Source of the DNA: an uncultured Gammaproteobacteria bacterium | GTDB taxonomy: Bacteria > Patescibacteriota > Patescibacteriia > Patescibacteriales > UBA12465 | DNA length: 39,835 nt | NCBI GenBank assembly: GCA_964539015.1 | Contig: CAZIHD010000003.1 | Coordinates: 1 to 39,835 of the forward strand | Direction of reading: 5' to 3' | Shown: piece by piece, positions 25,784 to 34,917 of the stretch | How the letters are laid out: every line of letters starts with the position of its first letter | How positions within the stretch are numbered: the stretch's first letter is position 1 | Notes under the pieces: model-generated | Seen by the model: the letters and a program-made list of their open reading frames with translations, nothing else | Database searches by the model: none | Told to the model about the DNA's origin: nothing | Translations under genes and position numbers: made by a program

Positions 25784-28700
25784 ATGAGCGACGTCGTTTC
25801 CATCCAAAATTTAATTGATGCCGATTCTTCTCTTGATGAAGACAGCGTTCAGGGCAGATTTGCCCAGAAAGAGCAAGAAATTAAAGCCAAAGAGATAGAA
25901 AAAGAAACCGAAAATCGAGCATCCTTGATCGGCCTGCCTTATGTTAACCTCTTTAGTTTCCCTATCAGCCCAGAGGCACTGGTTTTAATTACGGAAGAAC
26001 GCGCCCGCATGCTCAACGCCGTTTGTTTCTTTTATGACGGCAAGCACATGCGCCTGGCGTGCGTAGAGCCGAGTGAAGAAATCGCCGATGAAATAAAAGC
26101 GCTTAACGAAAAATATTTTACCGACACCAAGCTTTATCTTGTTTCTCAAAACAGCTTAGATCAAGCTTTCGCCGCTTATAAATCTTTACCAAAAACAAAA
26201 AAATATGATTCCGGAGTAGAAATCACGGCGGAAAATTTAGAAAAATTCAAACAAGATATTGCCAGCTATAAAAATCTTAATGATAAGATTAACGAAGTCA
26301 ATGTCAGCGATATTGTCACCCTAATTCTAGCAACCGCCATCAAAGTCGGCGCCAGCGATGTCCATATCGAGGCGGAAGAAAACGGTGTGGCCGTGCGTTT
26401 CCGTATCGACGGCGTCTTGCAGGAAGCGGCTTTAATGGATCGGGAAAAGTGGAAAAAAATCGTTACCCGCATGAAAATCTTGGCGCGGGTAAAAATTAAT
26501 ATTACCGATAAGCCCCAAGACGGACGTTATACAATTTTTTTGAAAGACGGCAAAATCGATGTCCGCTCTTCTTTTCTGCCGACCGCTTTCGGTGAAAGCG
26601 TAGTTATGCGCTTGCTTGATTCTAAGGCTTCGTCTTTAGAATTCGAGAGTCTGGGTATTCGCCCGGAAATATTAGACATTCTCCGCCGAGAAATTCAGAA
26701 ACCGAACGGGCTGATTTTGACCACCGGACCGACCGGTTCCGGCAAAACCACGACTTTATACGCCATCCTCAACAAACTCAATCAGCCGGGCACAAAAATC
26801 GTCACCTTGGAAGATCCGATCGAATATCAATTGGCCGGGATCAATCAGAGCCAGGTCGATGTCCGCCGCGGCTACACCTTTTCCGACGGCTTGCGTTCTA
26901 TTCTCCGCCAGGATCCGAACGTGATTATGGTCGGTGAAATCCGCGATTTAGAAACCGGGGAAATCGCCGTGCAAGCTTCTTTAACCGGACATCTTGTCCT
27001 CTCAACTCTGCACACCAATGACGCGGCGGGTGTTATCCCCCGCTTGATTGATATCGGCGTCAAACCATATTTTCTCGTCCCTTCCATCAATGCCGTAATC
27101 GGCCAGCGTCTCGTCCGCCGGCTTTGTCCATATTGCCGGAAAGAGCATCAATTAACCGCCGAAGAAACAGAACAGGTGCAAAAAATTTTGGCAGTTGTTT
27201 CTCCCAAAGCTAATATTGAAATTCCGGCGAAACTGCCAATTTTATACGCTGCCGGCACCGGCTGCGAAAAATGTAATTATATCGGCTATAAGGGGCGAAT
27301 CGGTATTTATGAAATCTTTACCATGGATGATAATCTCAAGCAATTGACGATTGACAAAGCACCTTCCTTTAAAATTTTACAGCAAGCCATTGAAAACGGC
27401 ATGATCACCATGCTCCAAGACGGCGTTTTAAAATGTTTGGATGGGCTCACCTCTTTGGAAGAAGTCTACCGCGTCGTCGGTAATTTTGATTATGTCAATG
27501 AATTATACGACATCGTCATCTCGCAAACTATCGGCCGTGGTGTCAGAATTGCCCCGGTTGATTATGAACGCGCGCAATCTTTAACAAAAAATGTCGGGCA
27601 AACAGTCAACTTGAGCGATGTTCCATCAAAAGAATTGATTAAGCTGATTATGGGTATGGCGGCGGCGAGTGATGCCGGCGATGTCCATATTGAACCGACG
27701 GAAACGGGCGTTAAAGTCCGCTTCCGCATTGACGGAGTCATGCATGATATTTTAGATTTACCAAAAACCAGTTATCTGCCGATACTTTCTGAAATGAAAA
27801 TCCTGGCAGGCTTCGCAACGAACGTCAAAAGAGCGACTTTAGACGGACGTTTCAGCGTCTATCTGCCGGAAAGCAAGATTGATTGCCGCCTATCCATTAT
27901 TGCCGGCGGCTATGGTGAAACGATCGTCGTCCGCCTCCTGGCCACTTCCGCCGCTTCTCTGGATTTAGAAAAACTGGGCATTACTTCCGTCGCTAAAAAA
28001 AGTTTGGATAAAGCCATAAGCAAGACTAAGGGTATTATTATTACCACCGGCCCGACCGGCTCCGGCAAAACCACAACTCTCTACGGCATCCTTAATAAAT
28101 TAAATAAGCCGGATGTAAAAATAATTACCGTGGAAGATCCGATCGAATATCAGCTGGACGGCGTCATGCAAACACAAATCGATACCGAGCATGGCTACAC
28201 TTTTGCCTCCGCTATGCGCTCGCTCCTGCGCCAAAATCCTAATATCATGATGATCGGGGAAATCCGTGACGAAGAAACCGCCAAAATCGCGATTGAAGCG
28301 GCCATGACCGGACACTTGGTTCTCTCCACTATCCATGCCAACAGCGCCGCCGGCGCCATTTCCCGTTTTGCCGGCTTAGGTGTAGAAAAATCTTCACTGG
28401 CCAATGCAATTGAATTTACAATCGGACAGCGCTTAGCGCGTCGCATCTGCCCATTTTGCAAAGTCGCGGATACGCCGAGCCCGGAAAAATTACAGCGCGC
28501 ACAGGAAATAATTGCCGGCATTAATAATAAAGAAATAAAAATTCCGGCCGTACTTCAATTTTATCGCGGAGCCGGCTGTGAAAAATGCAGCCAGCTCGGC
28601 TATAAAGGACGAGTCGGCTTATATGAAACCATCGCCACCAACCCGACGATTCAAAAACTTATTCAAAGCGAAAATGCCACCGATTACGAGATTGAACAAG

Positions 28701-28798
28701 AGGCGATTAAGGACGGAACCGTTACCATCGCCCAAGACGGCATCTTAAAAGCGCTAGCCGGTGAAACAAGTTTGGATGAAGTCTTCCGTGTAATTTAA
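25784..28798 (+). CDS. Type IV pilus / type II secretion ATPase (PilB/GspE family), a tandem fusion of two complete ATPase modules
   Basis: A GSPII_E N-terminal domain is followed by two modules. Each has DVHIE, Walker A GPTGSGKTTT (about 26726 and 28049), EDPIEYQL, Walker B (IMVGEIRD and MMIGEIRD), a His box (GHLVLSTLHTN and GHLVLSTIHAN) and a CxxC...CxxC motif. Confidence 0.9.
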   Translation: MSDVVSIQNLIDADSSLDEDSVQGRFAQKEQEIKAKEIEKETENRASLIGLPYVNLFSFPISPEALVLITEERARMLNAVCFFYDGKHMRLACVEPSEEIADEIKALNEKYFTDTKLYLVSQNSLDQAFAAYKSLPKTKKYDSGVEITAENLEKFKQDIASYKNLNDKINEVNVSDIVTLILATAIKVGASDVHIEAEENGVAVRFRIDGVLQEAALMDREKWKKIVTRMKILARVKINITDKPQDGRYTIFLKDGKIDVRSSFLPTAFGESVVMRLLDSKASSLEFESLGIRPEILDILRREIQKPNGLILTTGPTGSGKTTTLYAILNKLNQPGTKIVTLEDPIEYQLAGINQSQVDVRRGYTFSDGLRSILRQDPNVIMVGEIRDLETGEIAVQASLTGHLVLSTLHTNDAAGVIPRLIDIGVKPYFLVPSINAVIGQRLVRRLCPYCRKEHQLTAEETEQVQKILAVVSPKANIEIPAKLPILYAAGTGCEKCNYIGYKGRIGIYEIFTMDDNLKQLTIDKAPSFKILQQAIENGMITMLQDGVLKCLDGLTSLEEVYRVVGNFDYVNELYDIVISQTIGRGVRIAPVDYERAQSLTKNVGQTVNLSDVPSKELIKLIMGMAAASDAGDVHIEPTETGVKVRFRIDGVMHDILDLPKTSYLPILSEMKILAGFATNVKRATLDGRFSVYLPESKIDCRLSIIAGGYGETIVVRLLATSAASLDLEKLGITSVAKKSLDKAISKTKGIIITTGPTGSGKTTTLYGILNKLNKPDVKIITVEDPIEYQLDGVMQTQIDTEHGYTFASAMRSLLRQNPNIMMIGEIRDEETAKIAIEAAMTGHLVLSTIHANSAAGAISRFAGLGVEKSSLANAIEFTIGQRLARRICPFCKVADTPSPEKLQRAQEIIAGINNKEIKIPAVLQFYRGAGCEKCSQLGYKGRVGLYETIATNPTIQKLIQSENATDYEIEQEAIKDGTVTIAQDGILKALAGETSLDEVFRVI

Positions 28799-28861
28799 GC
28801 TTAATAAAGACCGTTTGCGAATCTAATTTTTTTCTCGCAACCGAAAATTAAAAATAAACTT

Positions 28862-29437
28862 ATGATTAATGCCGCTTTTGTCACTAAATTAAAATCCGAT
28901 TATCAGAAAAGAGAACAGGAAAGGCGCCAGATTATCAGCCGCTCCAACGACGTTCTCTTCCAAGCTAAGAAAACCATCTTTGCTCTGCAACGGGAAGAAT
29001 TAGACGTGGCTAAAGAAAAATTAGCGGCCATGGAGGCAATTCTGAAAAAAATGGAAAAAGATTTTGGTCCGATTCGAATTCGCGAAGAAGGCGCTTATCA
29101 CGCCGCCGCCGAAGAATACGTCGAGGCTAAAACTTTAGCGGCCGTTATCTCCGGCCAGAAGATTACGCCGATTAAAGGCTTGCATCTCGGCTATGATAGC
29201 TATCTCGGCGGTTTCTGCGATCTGATCGGCGAAATGGTGCGGTTTGCCACCAATCGCGCCGCTAAAGGTAGTTATGAAAGCGTCGCCGAAATGAAAGATA
29301 AAGGTGAAAAAATTATGAATCATCTGCTTGATTTTGATCTCACCGGCTACCTCCGCACCAAATATGATCAAGCGCGCGGTCATCTGCGCAAATTAGAACA
29401 GATGGCTTATGAAATCCGCCTGCGCAAGGATAAATAA
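28862..29437 (+). CDS. Translin/TRAX-family protein
   Basis: The 191-aa helical protein has the family-typical YLGGFCDLIGEMVR motif and an upstream EEYVE (ExxE) motif. Confidence 0.65.
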   Translation: MINAAFVTKLKSDYQKREQERRQIISRSNDVLFQAKKTIFALQREELDVAKEKLAAMEAILKKMEKDFGPIRIREEGAYHAAAEEYVEAKTLAAVISGQKITPIKGLHLGYDSYLGGFCDLIGEMVRFATNRAAKGSYESVAEMKDKGEKIMNHLLDFDLTGYLRTKYDQARGHLRKLEQMAYEIRLRKDK

Positions 29438-29439
29438 TT

Positions 29440-29943
29440 ATGTTGATAGCCATCGCCGCCGATCTACACGATAATCTCGCTAATTGGCAAATATTTCAAG
29501 ACTATATCAAAAAGCAGGGTGTCCGCACCCTGCTTTTCTGCGGCGATTTAACGGATGAAGAAACCCTGCAAGCTATCTGCTCTAAATTTAACGGCAAAAT
29601 TTATCTGATTGCCGGCAATGCCGATAACTATCGTCCGGAAAAAATTAGCGAATATCCGAATGTCCGCTTTCTGGGACGCTGTGGCTGGCTGGAAATAGAT
29701 GGCCTTAAAATCGGTCTAATCCATGAAATGGAATATCGCTCTCAATTGCTGTCTGAACAGCCAAAATTAAATTATCTGTTTTATGGCCATACACACAAAC
29801 CTTGGCTAACCAAAGAAAACCGATTAATTATTGCCAACCCCGGCACTCTCGGCGGCGTTTTTTACAAAGCCTGTTTTGCCCTTCTGGAGACTAAGACAAA
29901 AAAATTGGAATTAAAAATATTAGAACAGCTAGATAGGGGCTGA
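29440..29943 (+). CDS. YfcE/MJ0936-type metallophosphoesterase
   Basis: Motifs are DLHDN, CGDL, GNADN and GHTHKPW. The start lies 2 nt after the upstream stop. Confidence 0.8.
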   Translation: MLIAIAADLHDNLANWQIFQDYIKKQGVRTLLFCGDLTDEETLQAICSKFNGKIYLIAGNADNYRPEKISEYPNVRFLGRCGWLEIDGLKIGLIHEMEYRSQLLSEQPKLNYLFYGHTHKPWLTKENRLIIANPGTLGGVFYKACFALLETKTKKLELKILEQLDRG

Positions 29944-29962
29944 AAGATATAGAAAAAACTTT

Positions 29963-29995
29963 AAAAAAGGCCATTCTGTCAGAATAGCCTTTTTT
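29963..29995. terminator. Bidirectional terminator between convergent genes
   Basis: aaaaaaggccattc pairs with gaatagcctttttt, with one mismatch. Confidence 0.65.
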
Positions 29996-30003
29996 GTTAT
30001 TTT

Positions 30004-30240
30004 TTATTTCCGGCGATATTGTTTATAAATATACTTAATCAAAGAAAACAGAGCCAGCCACCAGCCGAGTAAAATTACGTCTTTAAAAATCTGCAGATCT
30101 TCCAAGCGTCCGGTTCTAAAATCCAGCCAGTCACTTTTAAAAATAATAAAAACAAAAAAACCGAGCACCAAAAAAATAAAAGAAAGAACGGCCAGAAGGA
30201 TTAAAGAAGTTAGATGTTCGCGGCCGCGGTCAGTTTTCAT
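30004..30240 (-). CDS. Hypothetical 78-aa two-TM protein, translationally coupled to the uvrA-like gene
   Basis: It has two hydrophobic helices. Its ATG overlaps the uvrA-like stop codon as ATGA (30237-30240). Confidence 0.6.
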   Translation of the reverse strand: MKTDRGREHLTSLILLAVLSFIFLVLGFFVFIIFKSDWLDFRTGRLEDLQIFKDVILLGWWLALFSLIKYIYKQYRRK

Positions 30241-32708
30241 AAAAATAATTTTTTCAAATATTGCCCGGTAATACTATCTTTAGCACGAGCAATATTTTCC
30301 GGCGTGCCCGCGGCGATAATCCGCCCGCCTTTCTCGCCGCCCTCCGGGCCGAGATCGATTACCCAATCGACCGCTTTAATGACGTCAAGATTGTGCTCGA
30401 TTATCAAAACGGTATTACCTTGATCGACCAACATATCCAAAACTTTTAATAAACGGTCAATATCGGCGAAATGTAAGCCGGTAGTCGGTTCATCTAAAAT
30501 ATACAGTGTCCGGCCGGTGGCGCGGCGGGATAATTCCGTCGCCAGCTTGATGCGCTGGGCTTCGCCGCCGGAAAAAGTAGTGGCTGATTGGCCAAGATGA
30601 ATATAACCGAGACCGACTTCTTCCAAAGTTAAAAGCTTCTGATGCAAAGCGGACTGATCTTTAAAAAATTCTAAAGCTTCACTCACCGTCATCTGCAAAA
30701 CTTCATAAATATTCTTATCTTTATATTTAATGTCCAAAATCTTTTGCTGAAAACGCTGGCCCTGGCAGGCTTCGCAAGTCAAATAAACATCGTTTAAAAA
30801 CTGCATTTCCACCTTAATTACCCCGTCACCAGAACAACGTTCGCAGCGGCCGCCGGAAACATTAAAAGAAAAATGTCCCGGCGTCAGGCGCTTCAAGCGC
30901 GCTTCCGGCAATTCCGCAAATAAATCGCGGATATAGGTGTAAAGGCCGGTATAAGTGGCAGGATTGGAGCGGGGTGTACGGCCGATCGGCGATTGGTCGA
31001 TATCGATTACCTTATCAATATTTTCCAAGCCCTTGATCTCTTGATGGGCGCCGACTTCGACTTTTGCCCGATAAAATTTCTTATTTAAAGCATTGGCCAG
31101 AATATCCGACATCAAAGTCGATTTGCCGGAACCGGAGACACCGGTAATCGCCACTAATTTGCCGAGCGGAATATTAACATTGATATTTTTTAGATTATGT
31201 TCCGTGGCGCCGATTACCGAAAGCTGCCGGCCATTACCGGAACGAAAAACTTTTTTATTAGGTATAGATTTGGCACCGGACAAATAAGCGCCGGTCATTG
31301 ATGACCGGCAAGATTTAATCGCTTCCGGCTGGCCGGCAAAAAGAATCTGTCCGCCATGTTCGCCGGCGCCCGGACCGACATCCACTAAAAAATCAGCGGC
31401 TTGCATCATAGCGGAATCATGTTCTACGACAATGACTGTATTGCCATTATCCCGCAAGCTTTTAAGCATAGCGATAAGTTTGTCGTTATCGCGCTGATGC
31501 AGCCCGACCGAAGGTTCGTCAAGAACGTAAAGGACGCCGCTTAAAGTAGAGCCGACTTGAGCGGCTAAACGGATGCGCTGGGCTTCGCCGCCGGATAAAC
31601 TGGCGGCCGGACGATCTAAAGTAAGATAAGATAAACCAACTTTCTCTAAAAATTCCAAATTCTTTTCCATTTCTTTTAAGATCGGCTGAACAATCGCCTG
31701 CGACCCGTTCCAACCGCTCTCCAACCAGGAAGATAAAAGCGGCCGCAAGACATCAACCGTTTTGGCGGTTAATTCGGTGATATTAAAATTTTTAATTTTC
31801 ACCGCCAAATATTCAGGTTTCAAACGGGCGCCAGCGCATGCCGGGCAGACGGCCAAGCGCATGCATTTTTCTATTTCCTGCTTAACAAAATTGGATTTCG
31901 TTTCTTCATAGCGCGATAATAATTCCGCGTTTAATCCTTCCCACTGTTTATCGCCATTTAAGATAGCCGCCCGCTGAGCGGCGCTCAAACCGCTGAGTGG
32001 CGTATCTAGAGCGAAGCCATAGCGTCCGCCCAAAGCCTGCAAATGATTAAATAAACTGCTGCCCTGGCTGAGATTGGCGTGGGCGAGCGGTTTAATTGCT
32101 CCCTGCAATAAGTTAAGCTTTAAATTAAAGACTAACTCCGGATCAATTTCTGTCCGCGTTCCTAAGCCGCCGCAATGCGGGCAAGCTCCGTAATTAGAAT
32201 TAAAAGAAAAATGGCGCGGTTCCAATTCCGGTAAGACAAAGCTGCAACTCGTACAAGCATAAGGATAAAGATTGTCTGTCTTTTTTTTACTTTTATTTTT
32301 TCCGTTCTTTTCTGTCTTCTTTAAACGGCCATGGCAATGAGGGCAATAAGGCCAGCCGGCACGGGCATATAAGAGGCGCAAATAATCATAAATTTCGGTA
32401 ATCGTCCCGACGGTAGAACGAGGATTATTGCCGACCGTGCGCTGATCAATGGCGATGGCCGGCGACAAACCTTCAATCAAATCAAAATCAGGCTTGTCCA
32501 TCAAACCGACAAACTGGCGGGCATAGGCCGACAAAGATTCGACATAACGGCGCTGGCCCTCGGCATAGATAGTATCAAAAGCTAAAGAGGATTTGCCGGA
32601 ACCGGATAAACCGGTGATAACAATCAACTGATTGCGCGGCAGATCAAGGCTGACATTTTTTAAATTGTGAGTCCGAGCGCCGCGGATCTTAATATAATTT
32701 TCCAGCAT
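30237..32708 (-). CDS. uvrA: UvrA-family ABC ATPase lacking the UvrB-binding domain (class-II-like UvrA)
   Basis: There are two ABC modules ([10 protein letters not shown] and [10 protein letters not shown], with LSGGEAQR twice) and zinc modules. The protein is 823 aa, and only about 26 residues (the Lys-rich [17 protein letters not shown]) separate C122xxC125 from C152xxC155. Canonical UvrA has an insert of about 130-140 aa at that position. Confidence 0.85.
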   Translation of the reverse strand: MLENYIKIRGARTHNLKNVSLDLPRNQLIVITGLSGSGKSSLAFDTIYAEGQRRYVESLSAYARQFVGLMDKPDFDLIEGLSPAIAIDQRTVGNNPRSTVGTITEIYDYLRLLYARAGWPYCPHCHGRLKKTEKNGKNKSKKKTDNLYPYACTSCSFVLPELEPRHFSFNSNYGACPHCGGLGTRTEIDPELVFNLKLNLLQGAIKPLAHANLSQGSSLFNHLQALGGRYGFALDTPLSGLSAAQRAAILNGDKQWEGLNAELLSRYEETKSNFVKQEIEKCMRLAVCPACAGARLKPEYLAVKIKNFNITELTAKTVDVLRPLLSSWLESGWNGSQAIVQPILKEMEKNLEFLEKVGLSYLTLDRPAASLSGGEAQRIRLAAQVGSTLSGVLYVLDEPSVGLHQRDNDKLIAMLKSLRDNGNTVIVVEHDSAMMQAADFLVDVGPGAGEHGGQILFAGQPEAIKSCRSSMTGAYLSGAKSIPNKKVFRSGNGRQLSVIGATEHNLKNINVNIPLGKLVAITGVSGSGKSTLMSDILANALNKKFYRAKVEVGAHQEIKGLENIDKVIDIDQSPIGRTPRSNPATYTGLYTYIRDLFAELPEARLKRLTPGHFSFNVSGGRCERCSGDGVIKVEMQFLNDVYLTCEACQGQRFQQKILDIKYKDKNIYEVLQMTVSEALEFFKDQSALHQKLLTLEEVGLGYIHLGQSATTFSGGEAQRIKLATELSRRATGRTLYILDEPTTGLHFADIDRLLKVLDMLVDQGNTVLIIEHNLDVIKAVDWVIDLGPEGGEKGGRIIAAGTPENIARAKDSITGQYLKKLFL

Positions 32709-32761
32709 GAGAAGAGAAATAAAATATTTTTTGAATAGTGTCTATTATACACGCCCATGAA

Positions 32762-32795
32762 CAAAAAAACAAGGTAGCCGCAAACCCCCTTGTTT
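32762..32795 (-). terminator. Terminator after the PLD gene
   Basis: caagg...ccttg forms the hairpin, followed by 7 U on the - strand. Confidence 0.6.
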
Positions 32796-32813
32796 ATGGT
32801 CAAGAACCGACAA

Positions 32814-33851
32814 TTAAAAGAAGCGGTAAAAAATCTTTAAGAAAGCAATGGTTATCCGCCGACTGAAATTTAAACGCTTAAAATTAAGATCGGGCTGCTG
32901 CGCTTGATTCTGCCAACGAATAAAAATCTTGTCTAATTCCGCCACCGCTTGCTTCTGCTCGAAAAAAACTCCGAGTTCCGAGTTGACATTGAAAGAAAGA
33001 ACATCCAAATTTTGCGAACCAACCACCGCTTCCCGCCCATCAATAATCATTACTTTGGCATGATTCATCTTGGAGGTAAAATAAAATTTAACGCCGACAG
33101 AAGCGAGACGGCAGGCATTGATATAATTAATCCGATTAACAGACTTAATGTCAGTATCAGCCGGAATAATCAATTCTACCTTAACGCCGCGCCTGACCGC
33201 ATTATCTAAAGCCGCCATAATCCAGCGCGGCGGCAGAAGATAAGGCGTAACAATTTTAATGGAAACAGTGGCTTCGGCCAGTTTTTGCCGATAATAATCA
33301 TTCAAGCGATATTGTTTTTCTCCTTCCGTCCAGGTATCAATTACCCAAGATTTTATCTTCCTAACCAGCGGTAAACGGCTATGGCGTAAAATGCTGTCTT
33401 TTTTGCCGCCGCAAACCTGATAAGTATGGGCAAAGGAGCGCAAAAGCGGTTTTACCACCCGGCCACGCAAACACACTTGTAAATCCTGCCAGTAACGGAT
33501 TTTATTTTCAATGTTAACGCCGCCGAAAAAAGCAATCTTGTCGTCCACGATTACCAATTTACGATGCAGCCGCCGCAGCCAGCGGGAAAAGAAAATAAAT
33601 TCTACGCCGGCGGCTCGCAATTCCGCCACTGAAGTAGATTTCAAACTGATGCTGCCGTAAGCATCGGCGATAACAACGACTTCTAAACCGGCAGCGGCCT
33701 TCTCTTTTAATTTTCCTAAAAAGTCATGAGTCTGCCCAGTGTCATCCAAAAAAATATACATTTCAATATAAATAGATTTTTGCGCGCTCATAATAGCGGC
33801 GATAATCCCATCCCAAGCTTTCTGCGAAGTTGTATAAAATTTTGACTGCAT
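32814..33851 (-). CDS. Phospholipase D superfamily protein with two HKD motifs (cardiolipin-synthase-like, no TM segment)
   Basis: HKD motif 1 is HRKLVIVDDKIAFFGGVNI and HKD motif 2 is NHAKVMIIDGREAVVGSQNLD. The protein is 345 aa with no obvious hydrophobic N-terminus. Confidence 0.85.
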   Translation of the reverse strand: MQSKFYTTSQKAWDGIIAAIMSAQKSIYIEMYIFLDDTGQTHDFLGKLKEKAAAGLEVVVIADAYGSISLKSTSVAELRAAGVEFIFFSRWLRRLHRKLVIVDDKIAFFGGVNIENKIRYWQDLQVCLRGRVVKPLLRSFAHTYQVCGGKKDSILRHSRLPLVRKIKSWVIDTWTEGEKQYRLNDYYRQKLAEATVSIKIVTPYLLPPRWIMAALDNAVRRGVKVELIIPADTDIKSVNRINYINACRLASVGVKFYFTSKMNHAKVMIIDGREAVVGSQNLDVLSFNVNSELGVFFEQKQAVAELDKIFIRWQNQAQQPDLNFKRLNFSRRITIAFLKIFYRFF

Positions 33852-33857
33852 AAACTT

Positions 33858-33866
33858 ATTATACCA
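33858..33866 (-). promoter_or_regulatory. Extended -10 element (TGgTATAAT) ending 6 nt before the PLD ATG
   Basis: The - strand reads catggTATAATaagtttATG. I found no convincing -35 box. Confidence 0.4.
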
Positions 33867-33890
33867 TGACTGGAGGCAAATAAGCAGAAT

Positions 33891-33920
33891 AAAAAACGGA
33901 GGCTTTGGCTCCGGTTTTTT
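33891..33920 (-). terminator. Terminator after the patatin gene
   Basis: cggag-gctttgg-ctccg forms the hairpin, flanked by A and T tracts. It starts at the stop codon. Confidence 0.6.
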
Positions 33921-34740
33921 ATTTTTCTAAAAGACGTTTTATTTCCGGCAAGAAACGCTTGGTCTCCCGGCGGCCGATATCAATCAAAGCTTTGGCAACC
34001 GGCGGATCAAAATATTTCTTATATCGATTTGTCTGCATAAAAGCCGAGGTGTCGGGATTGAGAATAACATCAGCCCCGTAAAGAGAATGTTTGGATAAAT
34101 TATGGACGGCAATTCTGGTGGCGCGTAAAGCAACGGTCGGCAGAGTAAATCTCTTATCAATAAATTCATGGCGATGATAGAGATTAACGGCAATTACTTT
34201 ATCCGCCCCCATCGCCTTGACCAGGTCGACGGGCACAGGATCGCTTAAGCCGCCGTCAACCAGAAGCCGGCCTTTTGATTTTACAGGTTCAAAAACCAAG
34301 GGCACAGAAGCGCTCGCTCTGACTGCGGTTGCCAATCGGCCTTGATCCAAAATTTGCGCTTGGCCGCTGACTAAATCGGTGGCCACAATCTGCAAAGGTC
34401 GTTTACAATCGGCAAAACTATCCCGGCCGAGCATTCTTTCCAAAAAAACTTCAAATTTACGCCCGGAGACTAAACCGCCGCGGAAACCTAAATCTAATAA
34501 AGTCGGCAATTTGTCTTTCTTATTCATCACAATTTCTTCGGTCAGGCGGCTAAGATCGGCATGGACGGCAAAATAAGCGCCGACCAAAGCGCCTATGGAA
34601 GCGCCGCTGATAAAATCAACCGGGATATTATTTTCCTGCAAAATTTGGACAACGCCAATATGGGCAAAACCGCGGAAACCGCCGCTGCCGAGAGCCAAGC
34701 CTATTTTCGGACGAGTGGGCATATATTTAGATAAATTCAA
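33919..34740 (-). CDS. Patatin-like phospholipase
   Basis: The oxyanion motif is GSGGFRG, the nucleophile elbow is GASIG, and the catalytic Asp lies in VDGGLSD. Confidence 0.88.
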   Translation of the reverse strand: MNLSKYMPTRPKIGLALGSGGFRGFAHIGVVQILQENNIPVDFISGASIGALVGAYFAVHADLSRLTEEIVMNKKDKLPTLLDLGFRGGLVSGRKFEVFLERMLGRDSFADCKRPLQIVATDLVSGQAQILDQGRLATAVRASASVPLVFEPVKSKGRLLVDGGLSDPVPVDLVKAMGADKVIAVNLYHRHEFIDKRFTLPTVALRATRIAVHNLSKHSLYGADVILNPDTSAFMQTNRYKKYFDPPVAKALIDIGRRETKRFLPEIKRLLEK

Positions 34741-34847
34741 ACTATCTCTATTTTAATCTTTTTTAAAATAAGGGGCAAATATAACAAACTCAACCAGCTG
34801 GCGGCGATATCAACAAAGTATCCAGCTAATGAGGTAAAAAATTATTT

Positions 34848-34879
34848 AAAAAGCCATAATGTACAAATTATGGCTTTTT
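34848..34879 (-). terminator. Terminator after the beta-barrel-like gene
   Basis: aaaaagccataat-gtacaa-attatggcttttt is a perfect 13-bp stem. Confidence 0.7.
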
Positions 34880-34917
34880 ATATTAATTAGACACCCCTCT
34901 TAATGAGTTTGCCTAAA

